A stretch of DNA of 64,000 bases from an uncultured Candidatus Rokubacteria bacterium (GTDB lineage Bacteria > Methylomirabilota > Methylomirabilia > Rokubacteriales > CSP1-6). A program made the translations under genes and the position numbers. Shown here piece after piece: positions 54,979 through 64,000 of the stretch (positions are counted from its first letter, which is position 1; each line of letters starts with the position of its first letter). The stretch covers positions 128,001 to 192,000 of the forward strand of contig CAVYTA010000001.1 in the NCBI GenBank assembly GCA_963771355.1, read 5' to 3'. The notes beneath the pieces are model-generated. The model searched no databases. It had not been told where the DNA came from and was given only the letters and a program-made list of their open reading frames with translations.

Positions 54979-55511
54979 ACGGGCTCCGCGCTCACGAGCA
55001 CGAAGGCCACCCGACAGGGGCGGTCCGACCGATTGCTCCACGCGTGGTTGGTGCCCCGCTGGATGAGGCAGTCTCCCGCGCGCAAGAGCCGTTCGCCCTC
55101 GTCCATCAGGGCCCAGATCTCGCCGTCGACCACCAGCGCATAGTCCACCGTGCTCGTCTTGTGCATCGCGGGATGGCGCGCGGCGCTGGGATCCATCGCA
55201 TGATCCGCGCCCATGGCGCCGAAGAGCTTCTTCCGGTCCGGCGGTGTGCCGCCCGGCCGCTCGGGCGGGAAATCGACCACTCTGAAGATCGTTCCGCGGC
55301 TCGGCGGCTCGAGTACCACGGGCCGCGCCGCGGGATCGGCCGTGCCCACATTGCCGCCCGCGGGCGCGCGGTCGGTGACCCAGAGATCGGTGAGGGCGAG
55401 CCCCGGGACCGCCTCGAGCTCGAGCACGTGAGACGAGGGGCCATCGGTGAGAAAGATGGATTTGCCCTGTGCATTGTGTCCGGTGACGACGCGGCGCATC
55501 GGTCTGGCCAT
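54975..55511 (-). CDS. Cupin domain protein
   Basis: RRVVTGH, MHKTSTVDY..GE, GDCLIQRGTNHAWSN. Confidence 0.9.
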   Translation of the reverse strand: MARPMRRVVTGHNAQGKSIFLTDGPSSHVLELEAVPGLALTDLWVTDRAPAGGNVGTADPAARPVVLEPPSRGTIFRVVDFPPERPGGTPPDRKKLFGAMGADHAMDPSAARHPAMHKTSTVDYALVVDGEIWALMDEGERLLRAGDCLIQRGTNHAWSNRSDRPCRVAFVLVSAEPV

Positions 55512-55543
55512 CGATGATCTCCTCGTTCGGGGCCGAGCGGACG

Positions 55544-56716
55544 TCAGACTTCCGCGGTGCGAGGGGCGCGCTCCGCGGCGCGGAAGGCGACGAGTGCCAG
55601 GACGACCGCGGCCATGAGGCCGGCCGCGAAGAAGAGCGGGGCAGCGGGGCTCGCGTAGCGGTCACGCAGCCCTCCGGCCACGCCGGGCATGGCGGCCATG
55701 CTCAGATAGAATACGGTGTAGTAGACGCCGAAGCCCGTCGCCAGCGCCGCCTGGGGCAGGGCCTTGGGGAGGAGCGACATGAGCGCCCCCGGCGCGGCCC
55801 CCGCGAGAACTCCCACGAAGACGCACCAGACCGCGGGGCTGTCGAAGTAGGGGAACGCCAGCATCGCCAGCGCCACGCTGAGGGCGCCGGCCCCGATGAG
55901 GAGGTTGGGCCGGCCGAGTCGGTCGGCCAGGAGCCCGCCCAGCGGGATGGACACGAGGGTCACCCAGATGCCCAGGCTGACGATGGCGCCCGCCGCTCCG
56001 ACCGAGCGCGTGCCCACCGCGAGAAACGCGGGCGCGAAGCTCAGGAAGACCACATAGCTCGCGTTGAACACGCCCCAGCCGAGCCCCCCGATGGTGGCGA
56101 GCGCCAGCTCCCGCGGCGCGAGGCCTGGGATGAGGCGCCCGGCTCCCCCCGTGGGCACGGCGCGCGGATTCCGATAGAAAAGGAGCATGAGGACAAACGC
56201 GACAACGGCCGCGACCACGGTCAGGTGCACCGCTCCCCGCCACGAGTGCTGCGCGGCAACCGTGCCCAGACTCGCCAGGGCCAGGCCCATCCCGATGGGC
56301 CACGACGTGAGCATGACGCCCATGGCGGTCGCGATCTCCTTGCCCTGGAACCAGTCGGCCACCATCTTGGCCAGCAGCACGTTCATGAGGACACCACCGA
56401 TTCCGCTGACGATGCGCCCGGCACTGGCGACGGCGAAGGTGTCGCTGGCCGCCAGGATGAGCCCACCCGCGGCCATCAGCGTGAGTCCGATGAGCACGAG
56501 GCGCCGCTCCCCAAAGCGCGAGCCGAGCATGCCGCCAGGCAGGGCGATCACGCCGCCTGGGAGCAAGTAAAGGCCCATCAGCACCCCGACCTGGCCATAG
56601 CCGACCTGGAAATCGTCGACCAGAAAAGGCGCCACGGAGGCGATGGACTGGAACTGAAACCCCATGGACAACCGGGTGAGGAAAATAATGCCGAGGATGC
56701 CCCAGCGATTGCTCAC
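55544..56716 (-). CDS. MFS transporter
   Basis: FQFQSIAS, LGSRFGER, GRIVSGIG, LADRLGR; GTG start inferred. Confidence 0.87.
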   Translation of the reverse strand: MSNRWGILGIIFLTRLSMGFQFQSIASVAPFLVDDFQVGYGQVGVLMGLYLLPGGVIALPGGMLGSRFGERRLVLIGLTLMAAGGLILAASDTFAVASAGRIVSGIGGVLMNVLLAKMVADWFQGKEIATAMGVMLTSWPIGMGLALASLGTVAAQHSWRGAVHLTVVAAVVAFVLMLLFYRNPRAVPTGGAGRLIPGLAPRELALATIGGLGWGVFNASYVVFLSFAPAFLAVGTRSVGAAGAIVSLGIWVTLVSIPLGGLLADRLGRPNLLIGAGALSVALAMLAFPYFDSPAVWCVFVGVLAGAAPGALMSLLPKALPQAALATGFGVYYTVFYLSMAAMPGVAGGLRDRYASPAAPLFFAAGLMAAVVLALVAFRAAERAPRTAEV

Positions 56717-56806
56717 CGGAGGAGAATAACCCGCGCCCTCCCGTATTTGCTTCGAGTAAACAGGAGGGGGTCGCCTCCCGTCTACCCAGTAGGAGGAATG
56801 GGCCAC

Positions 56807-59386
56807 ATGCTGAACGTGAAGCAGCTATTCTCAGCCTTATTGGTGCTAGGAATATTCGTAAGTAGCACCGGCTACGCGTTCTCTCAGGCTCAACCGCCTG
56901 CGTCCCCGCCACCACCCGACTCTGAGGCGCAAGCGACACCGACCGCTCCCGGCGGAGAGATCACCCCGGCGCGGGTGAGCTATCTGAACGGCGAGGTCTC
57001 CTTCTGGCGCCCGGGGGCCAGTGACTGGACGCCCGCCAAGGTGAACACGCCGCTCGCTCCCGGTGACGTCTTCTATACCGGCTCCGATGGCACCGTCGAG
57101 ATCCAGGTCGGGCCGCGCGCCTTCGTGCGTGCCGCGCCCGGCGCTCAGATCGCGCTCGACAATCACGAGCCCGACTATATCCAGCTCCGCCTCACCGCCG
57201 GTCACGCCGCGGTCGACATCCGCGAGCTTGGCTCCGGCGACACGCTGGAGCTGGCCACGCCGGGCGCAGCCTTCACCATCGAGCGCAACGGCTACTACCA
57301 CGCGGAGGTCAGCGACGACACCACGACCTTCCGCGCGCATCGAGCGGGTTCTGCCACCATGACGCCCGCGGGCGGCGCCGCCACACCGGTGCCCGCCAAT
57401 CAGCAGGCGGTGGTGACCGGCACGGAGTCGCCCCGGGTGGTCGTTGGGGCGGCTCCGGCGCTGACCGCCTGGGACCAGTGGAACTATCAGCGCACGGACT
57501 ATCTCACTCAGCCGGCGAGCGCGCGCTACGTGCCCCAGGGTGTGTACGGAACGGAGACGCTGGACCAGCACGGCACCTGGCGCAACGTGGAGAGTTACGG
57601 CAATGTCTGGGTGCCCACGACGGTGGCGGCGGGCTGGGTGCCGTACAGCACCGGCCGGTGGATCTGGGATCCACGCTTCGGCTGGACCTGGCTCGACGAC
57701 GCCCCGTGGGGCTGGGCGCCGTATCACTATGGCCGCTGGGTGCATGTCCACAACTACTGGGCCTGGGCGCCGGGGCCCGTCGTCGTGCGGCCCGTCTACT
57801 CGCCCGCGCTGGTCGTGTTCCTCGGCGGCGGTGTGCACCTCAGCGTGGGCCGGCCGGTGTACTGGGCCCCGCTCGGCTGGGGCGAGCCCTGCGTTCCGTG
57901 GTGGGGGCGGCGCGGCTTCGTCGGCGTGCCTAGCTGGCATGGCTGGGGTGGTCCGCGCGTCGTGAACAATGTGGTCGTCAACAACACGACGGTGGTGAAC
58001 GTACAGAACATCAACGTCTACCGGAACGTGACCGTCAACAACGCGGTGGTGGGCGTGCCCGCCGACCGCTTCGGCCGCGGCGCGGTGGTGGCGACCCGGG
58101 CAAACACGTCGGAGGTGCGGCAGCTCGCGCCGGTGCGCGGCGCTCCCGAGGTGAAGCCCGTGGCCGCGAGCGTGGCAGCCAGCAATGGCTCGGCGGCCAA
58201 GCCGCCCGTATCCGTGCAGAACCGCCGCGTGGTGGCGACCCGCGCCCCGCGTGACCAGGGCCCGGCGCTCCGCGAGCAGGGCTTGCCCGAGAGCAAGCCA
58301 GCGACGGTGGAGCCTGCGCCGAAGCTCGTGCCGGCGCCGGCGCCGACCGTCACACGTTCCGATTCCCCGCGCCGTGACAATCGGGACAATCGTCCGACCG
58401 GCGCACCCGGACGGGCCGAGCGGAACGACGGCGTGCGAGGAGCCGAGCGACCTGCGCCGGCTCAGCCCCCGGCGGCTCCGGCGCCCGCGCCGGCTCCGCG
58501 AGTGCGGGACGAGGGACAGCCGGAGCCCAAGCAGGGCGCACCGGCGCAGCCCCCGGCGGCCCCAGCGCCTCCGCCGGCTCCGCGAGGTCGAGTCGAGGGA
58601 CGCCCCGAACCCAGGCAGGGCGCGCCGGCGCAGCCCCCGGCGGCTCCGGCGCCCGCGCCGGCTCCGCGAGGTCGAGACGAGGGACGCCCCGAACCCAGGC
58701 AGGGCGCGCCGGCGCAGCCCCCGGCGGCTCCGGCACCCGCGCCGGCTCCGCGAGGTCGAGACGAGGGACGCCCCGAACCCAGGCAGGGCGCGCCGGCGCA
58801 GCCCCCGGCGGCCCCGGCGCCCGCGCCGGCTCCGCGAGGTCGAGACGAGGGACGACCGGAGCCCAGGCAGAGTGCGCCGGCTCAGCCCCCGGCGCCCCCC
58901 GCACCCGCGCCGGCTCCGCGAGGTCGGGACGAGGGACGGCCGGATCCCAGGCTGAACGCGCCGCCCCAGCCCCCGGTGGCGCCTTCGCCCATGCCGACCC
59001 CGCGAGGTCGGGATGAGGGACGCCCCGAACCCAGGTCGAGCGTCCCGGCCCAGCCCATGCCTGCGCCGGCTGCCTCCGCGCCTCGGCCGCGTCAGGAGAC
59101 GCGGCCGGAGCCCAGGGTGATGCCTCCCGCTCAGCCGGCACGGGCCCCCGCGCCCGCGCCGGCTCCTCCCGCGCGCATCGAGCGGCCGGCCCAGATGGAG
59201 CGGCCGGCGCCGACGGCGCCGGTCGAGCGGCCCGCCACGGCCCAGCCGGAGCCTCGCACGCGCCGATTGGAGTCTGGGGCGCCGTCCGTTGGACCGGGCG
59301 GCGGAGGCGACGGCAGGGGGCAGCGGGACAATCGTGAGTCGGGGGCCGTCCCCGAGTCGGGTCCCCGCACCAAGAATCGCGACTGA
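56807..59386 (+). CDS. Secreted FecR-like plus DUF6600-type Trp-rich protein with Pro-rich repeat tail
   Basis: AGGAGG RBS, signal peptide; ARVSYLNGEV..NTPLAPGD; LDQHGTW..YGNVW..WGWAPYHYGRW; repeat tail. Confidence 0.82.
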   Translation: MLNVKQLFSALLVLGIFVSSTGYAFSQAQPPASPPPPDSEAQATPTAPGGEITPARVSYLNGEVSFWRPGASDWTPAKVNTPLAPGDVFYTGSDGTVEIQVGPRAFVRAAPGAQIALDNHEPDYIQLRLTAGHAAVDIRELGSGDTLELATPGAAFTIERNGYYHAEVSDDTTTFRAHRAGSATMTPAGGAATPVPANQQAVVTGTESPRVVVGAAPALTAWDQWNYQRTDYLTQPASARYVPQGVYGTETLDQHGTWRNVESYGNVWVPTTVAAGWVPYSTGRWIWDPRFGWTWLDDAPWGWAPYHYGRWVHVHNYWAWAPGPVVVRPVYSPALVVFLGGGVHLSVGRPVYWAPLGWGEPCVPWWGRRGFVGVPSWHGWGGPRVVNNVVVNNTTVVNVQNINVYRNVTVNNAVVGVPADRFGRGAVVATRANTSEVRQLAPVRGAPEVKPVAASVAASNGSAAKPPVSVQNRRVVATRAPRDQGPALREQGLPESKPATVEPAPKLVPAPAPTVTRSDSPRRDNRDNRPTGAPGRAERNDGVRGAERPAPAQPPAAPAPAPAPRVRDEGQPEPKQGAPAQPPAAPAPPPAPRGRVEGRPEPRQGAPAQPPAAPAPAPAPRGRDEGRPEPRQGAPAQPPAAPAPAPAPRGRDEGRPEPRQGAPAQPPAAPAPAPAPRGRDEGRPEPRQSAPAQPPAPPAPAPAPRGRDEGRPDPRLNAPPQPPVAPSPMPTPRGRDEGRPEPRSSVPAQPMPAPAASAPRPRQETRPEPRVMPPAQPARAPAPAPAPPARIERPAQMERPAPTAPVERPATAQPEPRTRRLESGAPSVGPGGGGDGRGQRDNRESGAVPESGPRTKNRD
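58457..59060 (+). repeat. Intragenic 84-bp (28 aa) tandem repeat, about 7 copies
   Basis: PAQPPAAPAPAPAPRGRDEGRPEPRQGA units starting at 58457, 58541, 58625 and onward. Confidence 0.92.
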
Positions 59387-59449
59387 TCCCCGGCCAGCTC
59401 TCCGGGTCGGCTTGACGTCCGGGCCGCGCGGGGCGGACACTTCGGCCCC

Positions 59450-60940
59450 GTGACGGCCCGCGTCCTCGGCGTCGATATCGGCACCACCGCGGTGAAGGCG
59501 ATCGCGCTCGACGAGCACGGGCGCGTCGCCGCCACCGCGAGCATCCCCCACGACGGGCTCGCGCCGCGGCCCGGCTGGTCCGAGGGCAATCCCGACGCCT
59601 GGTGGCGGGGCGCGGTGAGCGCGCTGCGCCGCCTCGCCGAGCAGACGCCGATCGACGCGGTCGCGATGGTCGGCGTCAGCGGCATGGTCCCCGCTCTCCT
59701 CTGCCTCGACGGCGCCGGGCGCCTGCTCCGGCCCTCCATCCAGCAGAACGACGCCCGCACGGAGGCCGAGATCGAGTGGCTGCGCGACCGGCTCGCCGCG
59801 GCGGACTTCTTCGCTGCCACGGGGCAGCCGCTCAGCCAGCAGCTCGTGCTGCCGCGTCTTCTCTGGCTGCGGGCGCATGAGCCCGCAATCCACCGTCAGA
59901 TCCGTCGCGTGCTCGGGTCCTATGACTGGATCACACACCGGCTCACGGGCGAGTGGAGCCTCGAGCGCAACTGGGCGCTCGAGTCCGGCTTCTGGGACGC
60001 GCGGCAGCGAGGCTGGTACGCGCCCGCCCTCGCCGCCACCGAGACGCCGGAGGCTTGGTTGCCGTCCGTGCGCGCCCCGCACGACGTGGTGGGCGCCCTG
60101 ACCCCGGAGGCCGCCGCCGCCACCGGTCTCCGCGTGGGGACGCGAGTGATCGCGGGCAGCGCCGATCATGTCGCCGCCGCGCTGGCGGCGGGCACCGGGC
60201 CCGGCGAGCTGGTGCTCAAGATCGGGGGCGGGGGCGACGTGCTCTACGGGGTGGACCACTTCGCACCCGACCCGCGCCTGTACATCGACTATCACGACCT
60301 GCCGGGCCGCTTTCTCCTCAACGGCTGCATGGTGGCCAGCGGCGCGCTGGTGAAGTGGTTCGCCGAAGCATTCGCCCGCGACCTCGGCGACGGAGAGGCG
60401 CGCTACGCGCGGCTCGACGCGGAAGCGGAGGCCACCCCGCCCGGCGCCGACGGGCTCGTGATGCTGCCGTATTTCCTGGGTGAGAAGACACCCATCTTCG
60501 ACGCGGGCGCTCGCGGCGCCGTGACGGGGCTCGCGCTAGCGCACAGTCGCGGCCACCTCTTCCGTGCCGTCCTCGAGGCCGTCGCCTATGGCTTCCGCCA
60601 CCACGTCGACGTGCTCATCGAGGGTGGGCATCCCATCCGGGTCACCCGCATCATGGATCGCGGCGCGCGCAGCCCGCTCTGGCGCCAGATCCTGGCGGAT
60701 GTGCTGGGACGTCCCATCGAGTATGCTCCGGGGGCGGACCTCGGCAGCGCCTGGGGCGTGGCCTGGGTGGCCGGCGTGGCGGCCGGCTGCTGGGACTGGG
60801 AGCGGACCGGACCCGTGGGAGCAACGACCGATGCGCCGCCGATCGTGCATGCGCCGGTGCCCGAGCACACCGCCCGCTACGAGCGCCAGTACCGACTCTA
60901 CCGCGGCCTATACCCGACACTGCGAGGAGAGACGCGATGA
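59450..60940 (+). CDS. FGGY-family carbohydrate kinase (xylulokinase-like)
   Basis: GVDIGTTAVKA, QNDAR, AGSAD, LPYFLGEKTP, RAVLEAVA. Confidence 0.9.
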   Translation: MTARVLGVDIGTTAVKAIALDEHGRVAATASIPHDGLAPRPGWSEGNPDAWWRGAVSALRRLAEQTPIDAVAMVGVSGMVPALLCLDGAGRLLRPSIQQNDARTEAEIEWLRDRLAAADFFAATGQPLSQQLVLPRLLWLRAHEPAIHRQIRRVLGSYDWITHRLTGEWSLERNWALESGFWDARQRGWYAPALAATETPEAWLPSVRAPHDVVGALTPEAAAATGLRVGTRVIAGSADHVAAALAAGTGPGELVLKIGGGGDVLYGVDHFAPDPRLYIDYHDLPGRFLLNGCMVASGALVKWFAEAFARDLGDGEARYARLDAEAEATPPGADGLVMLPYFLGEKTPIFDAGARGAVTGLALAHSRGHLFRAVLEAVAYGFRHHVDVLIEGGHPIRVTRIMDRGARSPLWRQILADVLGRPIEYAPGADLGSAWGVAWVAGVAAGCWDWERTGPVGATTDAPPIVHAPVPEHTARYERQYRLYRGLYPTLRGETR

Positions 60941-61992
60941 GACACAAGATCGCCGTGATTCCCGGCGACGGCATCGGCAACGAGGTGGTGCCCGAGGGCC
61001 TGCGCGTGCTGGAGGCGGCCGGCCGGCGCTTCGGCTTCGAGTGCGCCTTCACGCACTTCGACTGGAACTGCGAGCGCTACACCAAGACCGGCCGCATGAT
61101 GCCGGAGGACGGGCTCGACCAGCTCCGCGCCTTCGAGGCCATCTTCCTCGGCGCGGTCGGGTTCCCGGGCGTGCCCGATCACGTCTCCCTCTGGGGCCTC
61201 CTCATCCCCATCCGGCGGAGCTTCCACCAGTACATCAACCTGCGCCCGGTGCGGCTGCTCAAGGGCGTGAGGTCACCGCTGGCGGGACGAACTTCCTCCG
61301 ACATCGACATGCTCATCGTGCGGGAGAACAACGAGGGCGAGTACTCGGAGATCGGCGGCCGGCTCTTCCGCGGCGCCGACAACGAGATGGCGATCCAGCA
61401 GGCGATCTTCACCCGGAAAGGCTGCGACCGCGTGATGCGCTACGCCTTCGAGCGCGCGCGACAGCGGCCGCGCAAGCACGTGACGTCCGCCACCAAATCC
61501 AACGGCATCATCCACAGCATGCCGTACTGGGACGAGCGGTTTGCCGCGATCGGGAAGGAGTACCCCGACGTCGAGACCGCCCAGTTCCACATCGACATCC
61601 TCACCGCCCACTTCGTCCAGCACCCGGACTGGTTCGACGTGGTGGTGGGCAGCAATCTCTTCGGCGACATCCTCTCGGACCTCGGGCCCGCCATCGCCGG
61701 CTCCATCGGCATCGCGCCTGGGGGCAACATCAATCCGGAGAAGGAGTACCCCTCCATGTTCGAGCCGGTCCACGGCTCGGCCCCGGACATCGCCGGCAAG
61801 GGCATCGCCAATCCGGTGGCGCAGGTCTGGACCGCGGCCATGCTGCTCGAGCACCTGGGCCATCAAGACGCCGCCGACGCGGTGGTGGGGGCCATCGAGA
61901 AGCTGGTGGAGGAGGGCAAGACGGTGACGCGCGACCTCGGTGGCAAGGCTTCCACCAAGGAGGTCGGGGACGCCCTGGCCACCATGATCTAG
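60937..61992 (+). CDS. ttuC: Tartrate dehydrogenase / D-malate dehydrogenase (decarboxylating)
   Basis: IPGDGIG, VPDHVSLWGLL, RENNEGEYS, TSATKSNG, SNLFGDILSD, FEPVHGSAPD. Confidence 0.88.
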   Translation: MRHKIAVIPGDGIGNEVVPEGLRVLEAAGRRFGFECAFTHFDWNCERYTKTGRMMPEDGLDQLRAFEAIFLGAVGFPGVPDHVSLWGLLIPIRRSFHQYINLRPVRLLKGVRSPLAGRTSSDIDMLIVRENNEGEYSEIGGRLFRGADNEMAIQQAIFTRKGCDRVMRYAFERARQRPRKHVTSATKSNGIIHSMPYWDERFAAIGKEYPDVETAQFHIDILTAHFVQHPDWFDVVVGSNLFGDILSDLGPAIAGSIGIAPGGNINPEKEYPSMFEPVHGSAPDIAGKGIANPVAQVWTAAMLLEHLGHQDAADAVVGAIEKLVEEGKTVTRDLGGKASTKEVGDALATMI

Positions 61993-62072
61993 GCGCCTGC
62001 AGGCCCCTCTGCTAAGGTAGGGATCTGGATCCCGCCAGATCCCCCACGGGCTCTCATCAACAGGAGGCTTCG

Positions 62073-62390
62073 ATGCGGCGTGCGGCGCACGGGCTGGTGC
62101 TCATCTGGGCGCTGTGGTCCACCACCTCGCTGGACAATGATCCTCGACTTCTGCTGAGCGGGTGGCTGTTCGGGGTACAGCCATTTCCCGCCGACTCCCG
62201 TCTGGTGGATGGCTATGCGAGCCAGGCCGCTTGCCAGGCCGTGCTGGAACACTACATGAATACCCTCAAATCCTCCAACGATAGCTATACGCCGGGCTAT
62301 TGGAAGCGGGAGGGCGACCAGAGCGTATCCCAGTTCTTCCCCACCGGCATGATCACGGTGCGCAACCGCCTGGAGTGCCGTCAGCAGTAG
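62073..62390 (+). CDS. Small, probably secreted hypothetical protein
   Basis: AGGAGG RBS; hydrophobic N-terminus; two Cys (QAACQ, LECR). Confidence 0.6.
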   Translation: MRRAAHGLVLIWALWSTTSLDNDPRLLLSGWLFGVQPFPADSRLVDGYASQAACQAVLEHYMNTLKSSNDSYTPGYWKREGDQSVSQFFPTGMITVRNRLECRQQ

Positions 62391-62412
62391 GCGGACGAGA
62401 GATCGGCGCGGG

Positions 62413-63099
62413 TCAGCGCGCGGGCGAGGGCATGAGCACCCGGTCGAGCCAGGCGCCGACGTCCCCGATTTCCTCCGGGCAGACGGCATGCGGCATCGAA
62501 TACTCCCGCCAGTCGACCTGGTAGCCGAGCTTCCGCAGCGCGTCCCGTGAGATCGCGGCCCGCTGGAGGGGGATCACGGGATCCTCCGTGCCATGGGCCA
62601 TGAAGATCGGCACGTCGCGATTGGCGGGCCCCGCCTCCGCCGCCACCGTTTCGGCCAGGGGCAGATACGTCGAGAGCGCGAGGATACCCGCCAGCCGCTC
62701 GGGATGGCGCAGCCCCGTCTGCAGCGCGATGGCGCCGCCTTGAGAGAACCCCGCGAGGACAATTCTCCCGGGCGCGACGCCCCGCTCGCGCTCCCGGGCG
62801 ATGAGTGCCTCGATGCGCCCCTGGGAGGCGCGAATGCCGTCGGCGTCCTGCCGCGTGTCGCCGTAAACGTCGTACCAGGCGGGCATCACGTGGCCGTAGT
62901 TGATGGTCACTGCCTGCACCGGAGCGTGCGGGAAGACGAAGCGGGCGCGGAGCCGCGGTGGGAGGGGCAGCTCGGGAACGATAGGCTCGAAGTCGTGGCC
63001 GTCGGCGCCCAGGCCGTGCAGCCAGATGATGGACGCGTCCACGGGCCCGCCGGTGGCGAGGCCGACCTCGACCTCGAGCGCTTCCAGCAGGTCCGACAC
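62413..63099 (-). CDS. Carboxylesterase (phospholipase/carboxylesterase family)
   Basis: WLHGLGADG, FPHAP, MPAWYD, GFSQGG, HGTED, MPH. Confidence 0.92.
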   Translation of the reverse strand: MSDLLEALEVEVGLATGGPVDASIIWLHGLGADGHDFEPIVPELPLPPRLRARFVFPHAPVQAVTINYGHVMPAWYDVYGDTRQDADGIRASQGRIEALIARERERGVAPGRIVLAGFSQGGAIALQTGLRHPERLAGILALSTYLPLAETVAAEAGPANRDVPIFMAHGTEDPVIPLQRAAISRDALRKLGYQVDWREYSMPHAVCPEEIGDVGAWLDRVLMPSPAR

Positions 63100-63100
63100 G

Positions 63101-64000
63101 CTAGAGCCGGACTCGGGTCTGGATGCGCTCCACCGCCTCCGCCGTCTGCTCGCGGCTGCCGAAGGCGGTGAGGCGAAGATAACCCTCGCCGCTCGGCCCG
63201 AAGCCCGCACCCGGCGTGGATACCACGTGGCCTTCGTTGAGAAGCTTGTCGAAGAGGTCCCAGGAGCCGAGGCCCCTGGGCGTCTTCACCCAGATGTACG
63301 GCGCGTTGGCCCCGCCGTAGACGGTGAGCCCCATGCCCGCCACACCCTCGCGGATGATGCGGGCGTTCTCGAGGTAAAAGTCCACGGACTCGCGCACCTG
63401 CTTCTGGCCCTCCGGCGAGTACGCGGCGGCGGCGCCCTTCTGGATGATGTAGGACACCCCGTTGAACTTGGTGGACTGCCGGCGGAACCACAGCGCGTGC
63501 AGGCTCGTCGCCTCGCCCGACGCGGACCGGCCCATGCAGGCCTTGGGCACCACGGTATACGCGCAGCGGACTCCGGTGAAGCCCGCCGTCTTGGAGAATG
63601 ACCGCAGCTCGATGGCCACCTCCTGCGCGCCCTCGATCTCGTAGATGGAGCGCGGGATGGCCGGGTCGCGGATATAGGACTCGTAGGCGGCGTCGTAGAG
63701 GATCACCGCCCCTTCGCGCCGCGCGTAGTCCACCCAGCGCTTCAGCGCATCCTTGCCCAGCACCGCGCCGGTCGGGTTGTTCGGGTAGCAGAGATAGATC
63801 AGGTCCACGTGCCGCTCGGGCAGCGCGGGATTGAAGCCGTTGTCCGCGGTGGCGGGCAGATAGACGATCCGGTCGTAGCGCCCGTTCTCCGTGGGTCGGC
63901 CGGCGCGGCCCGCCATCACATTGCTGTCCACGTAGACCGGATAGACCGGGTCCACCACCGCGATCACGCACTCGGGCGCGAAGATCTCCTGGATATTCGC
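63101..64000 (-). CDS. dapL: LL-diaminopimelate aminotransferase, 5'-truncated by window edge
   Basis: [63 protein letters not shown]. Confidence 0.95.
   Translation of the reverse strand, partial: ANIQEIFAPECVIAVVDPVYPVYVDSNVMAGRAGRPTENGRYDRIVYLPATADNGFNPALPERHVDLIYLCYPNNPTGAVLGKDALKRWVDYARREGAVILYDAAYESYIRDPAIPRSIYEIEGAQEVAIELRSFSKTAGFTGVRCAYTVVPKACMGRSASGEATSLHALWFRRQSTKFNGVSYIIQKGAAAAYSPEGQKQVRESVDFYLENARIIREGVAGMGLTVYGGANAPYIWVKTPRGLGSWDLFDKLLNEGHVVSTPGAGFGPSGEGYLRLTAFGSREQTAEAVERIQTRVRL

Noticed and set aside
55514..56806. N-terminal 430 aa of the 1290-aa ORF
   Set aside because: Antisense to the MFS gene; the SD and signal peptide place the true start near 56807

Overview
Very GC-rich bacterial chromosomal window. 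Gene style and repertoire resemble Candidatus Rokubacteria/Methylomirabilota, which is an inference. It holds about 65 CDS and no rRNA, tRNA, CRISPR array or transposase that I can recognise. Main observations: (1) 0.5-11 kb is a stress/dormancy-like island (PAS kinase, persulfide dioxygenase-rhodanese, CBS, three USPs, CBS-BON, an aeRF1-like factor, cytochrome c, ADP-forming acyl-CoA ligase) with four sigma54 -24/-12 motifs and a shared candidate enhancer motif. (2) A selenocysteine peroxiredoxin missing from the ORF track lies at 31951-32430, with an in-frame TGA at the peroxidatic position and a downstream hairpin. (3) A 62-bp palindromic tandem repeat at 35.2-35.4 kb has a relative inserted in frame in the activase gene at 50.8 kb. 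(4) A four-gene operon pairs a diiron ferritin-like protein with a split, permuted PlsA/Ger-like activase-reductase, a candidate lipid-modification system. (5) A 2-oxoglutarate decarboxylase-like gene and an SSADH gene sit divergently. (6) Further sigma54 motifs occur, including a back-to-back pair. (7) There are two single-base frameshifts and a TRAP permease remnant. All calls come from reading motifs by eye; no searches were run.
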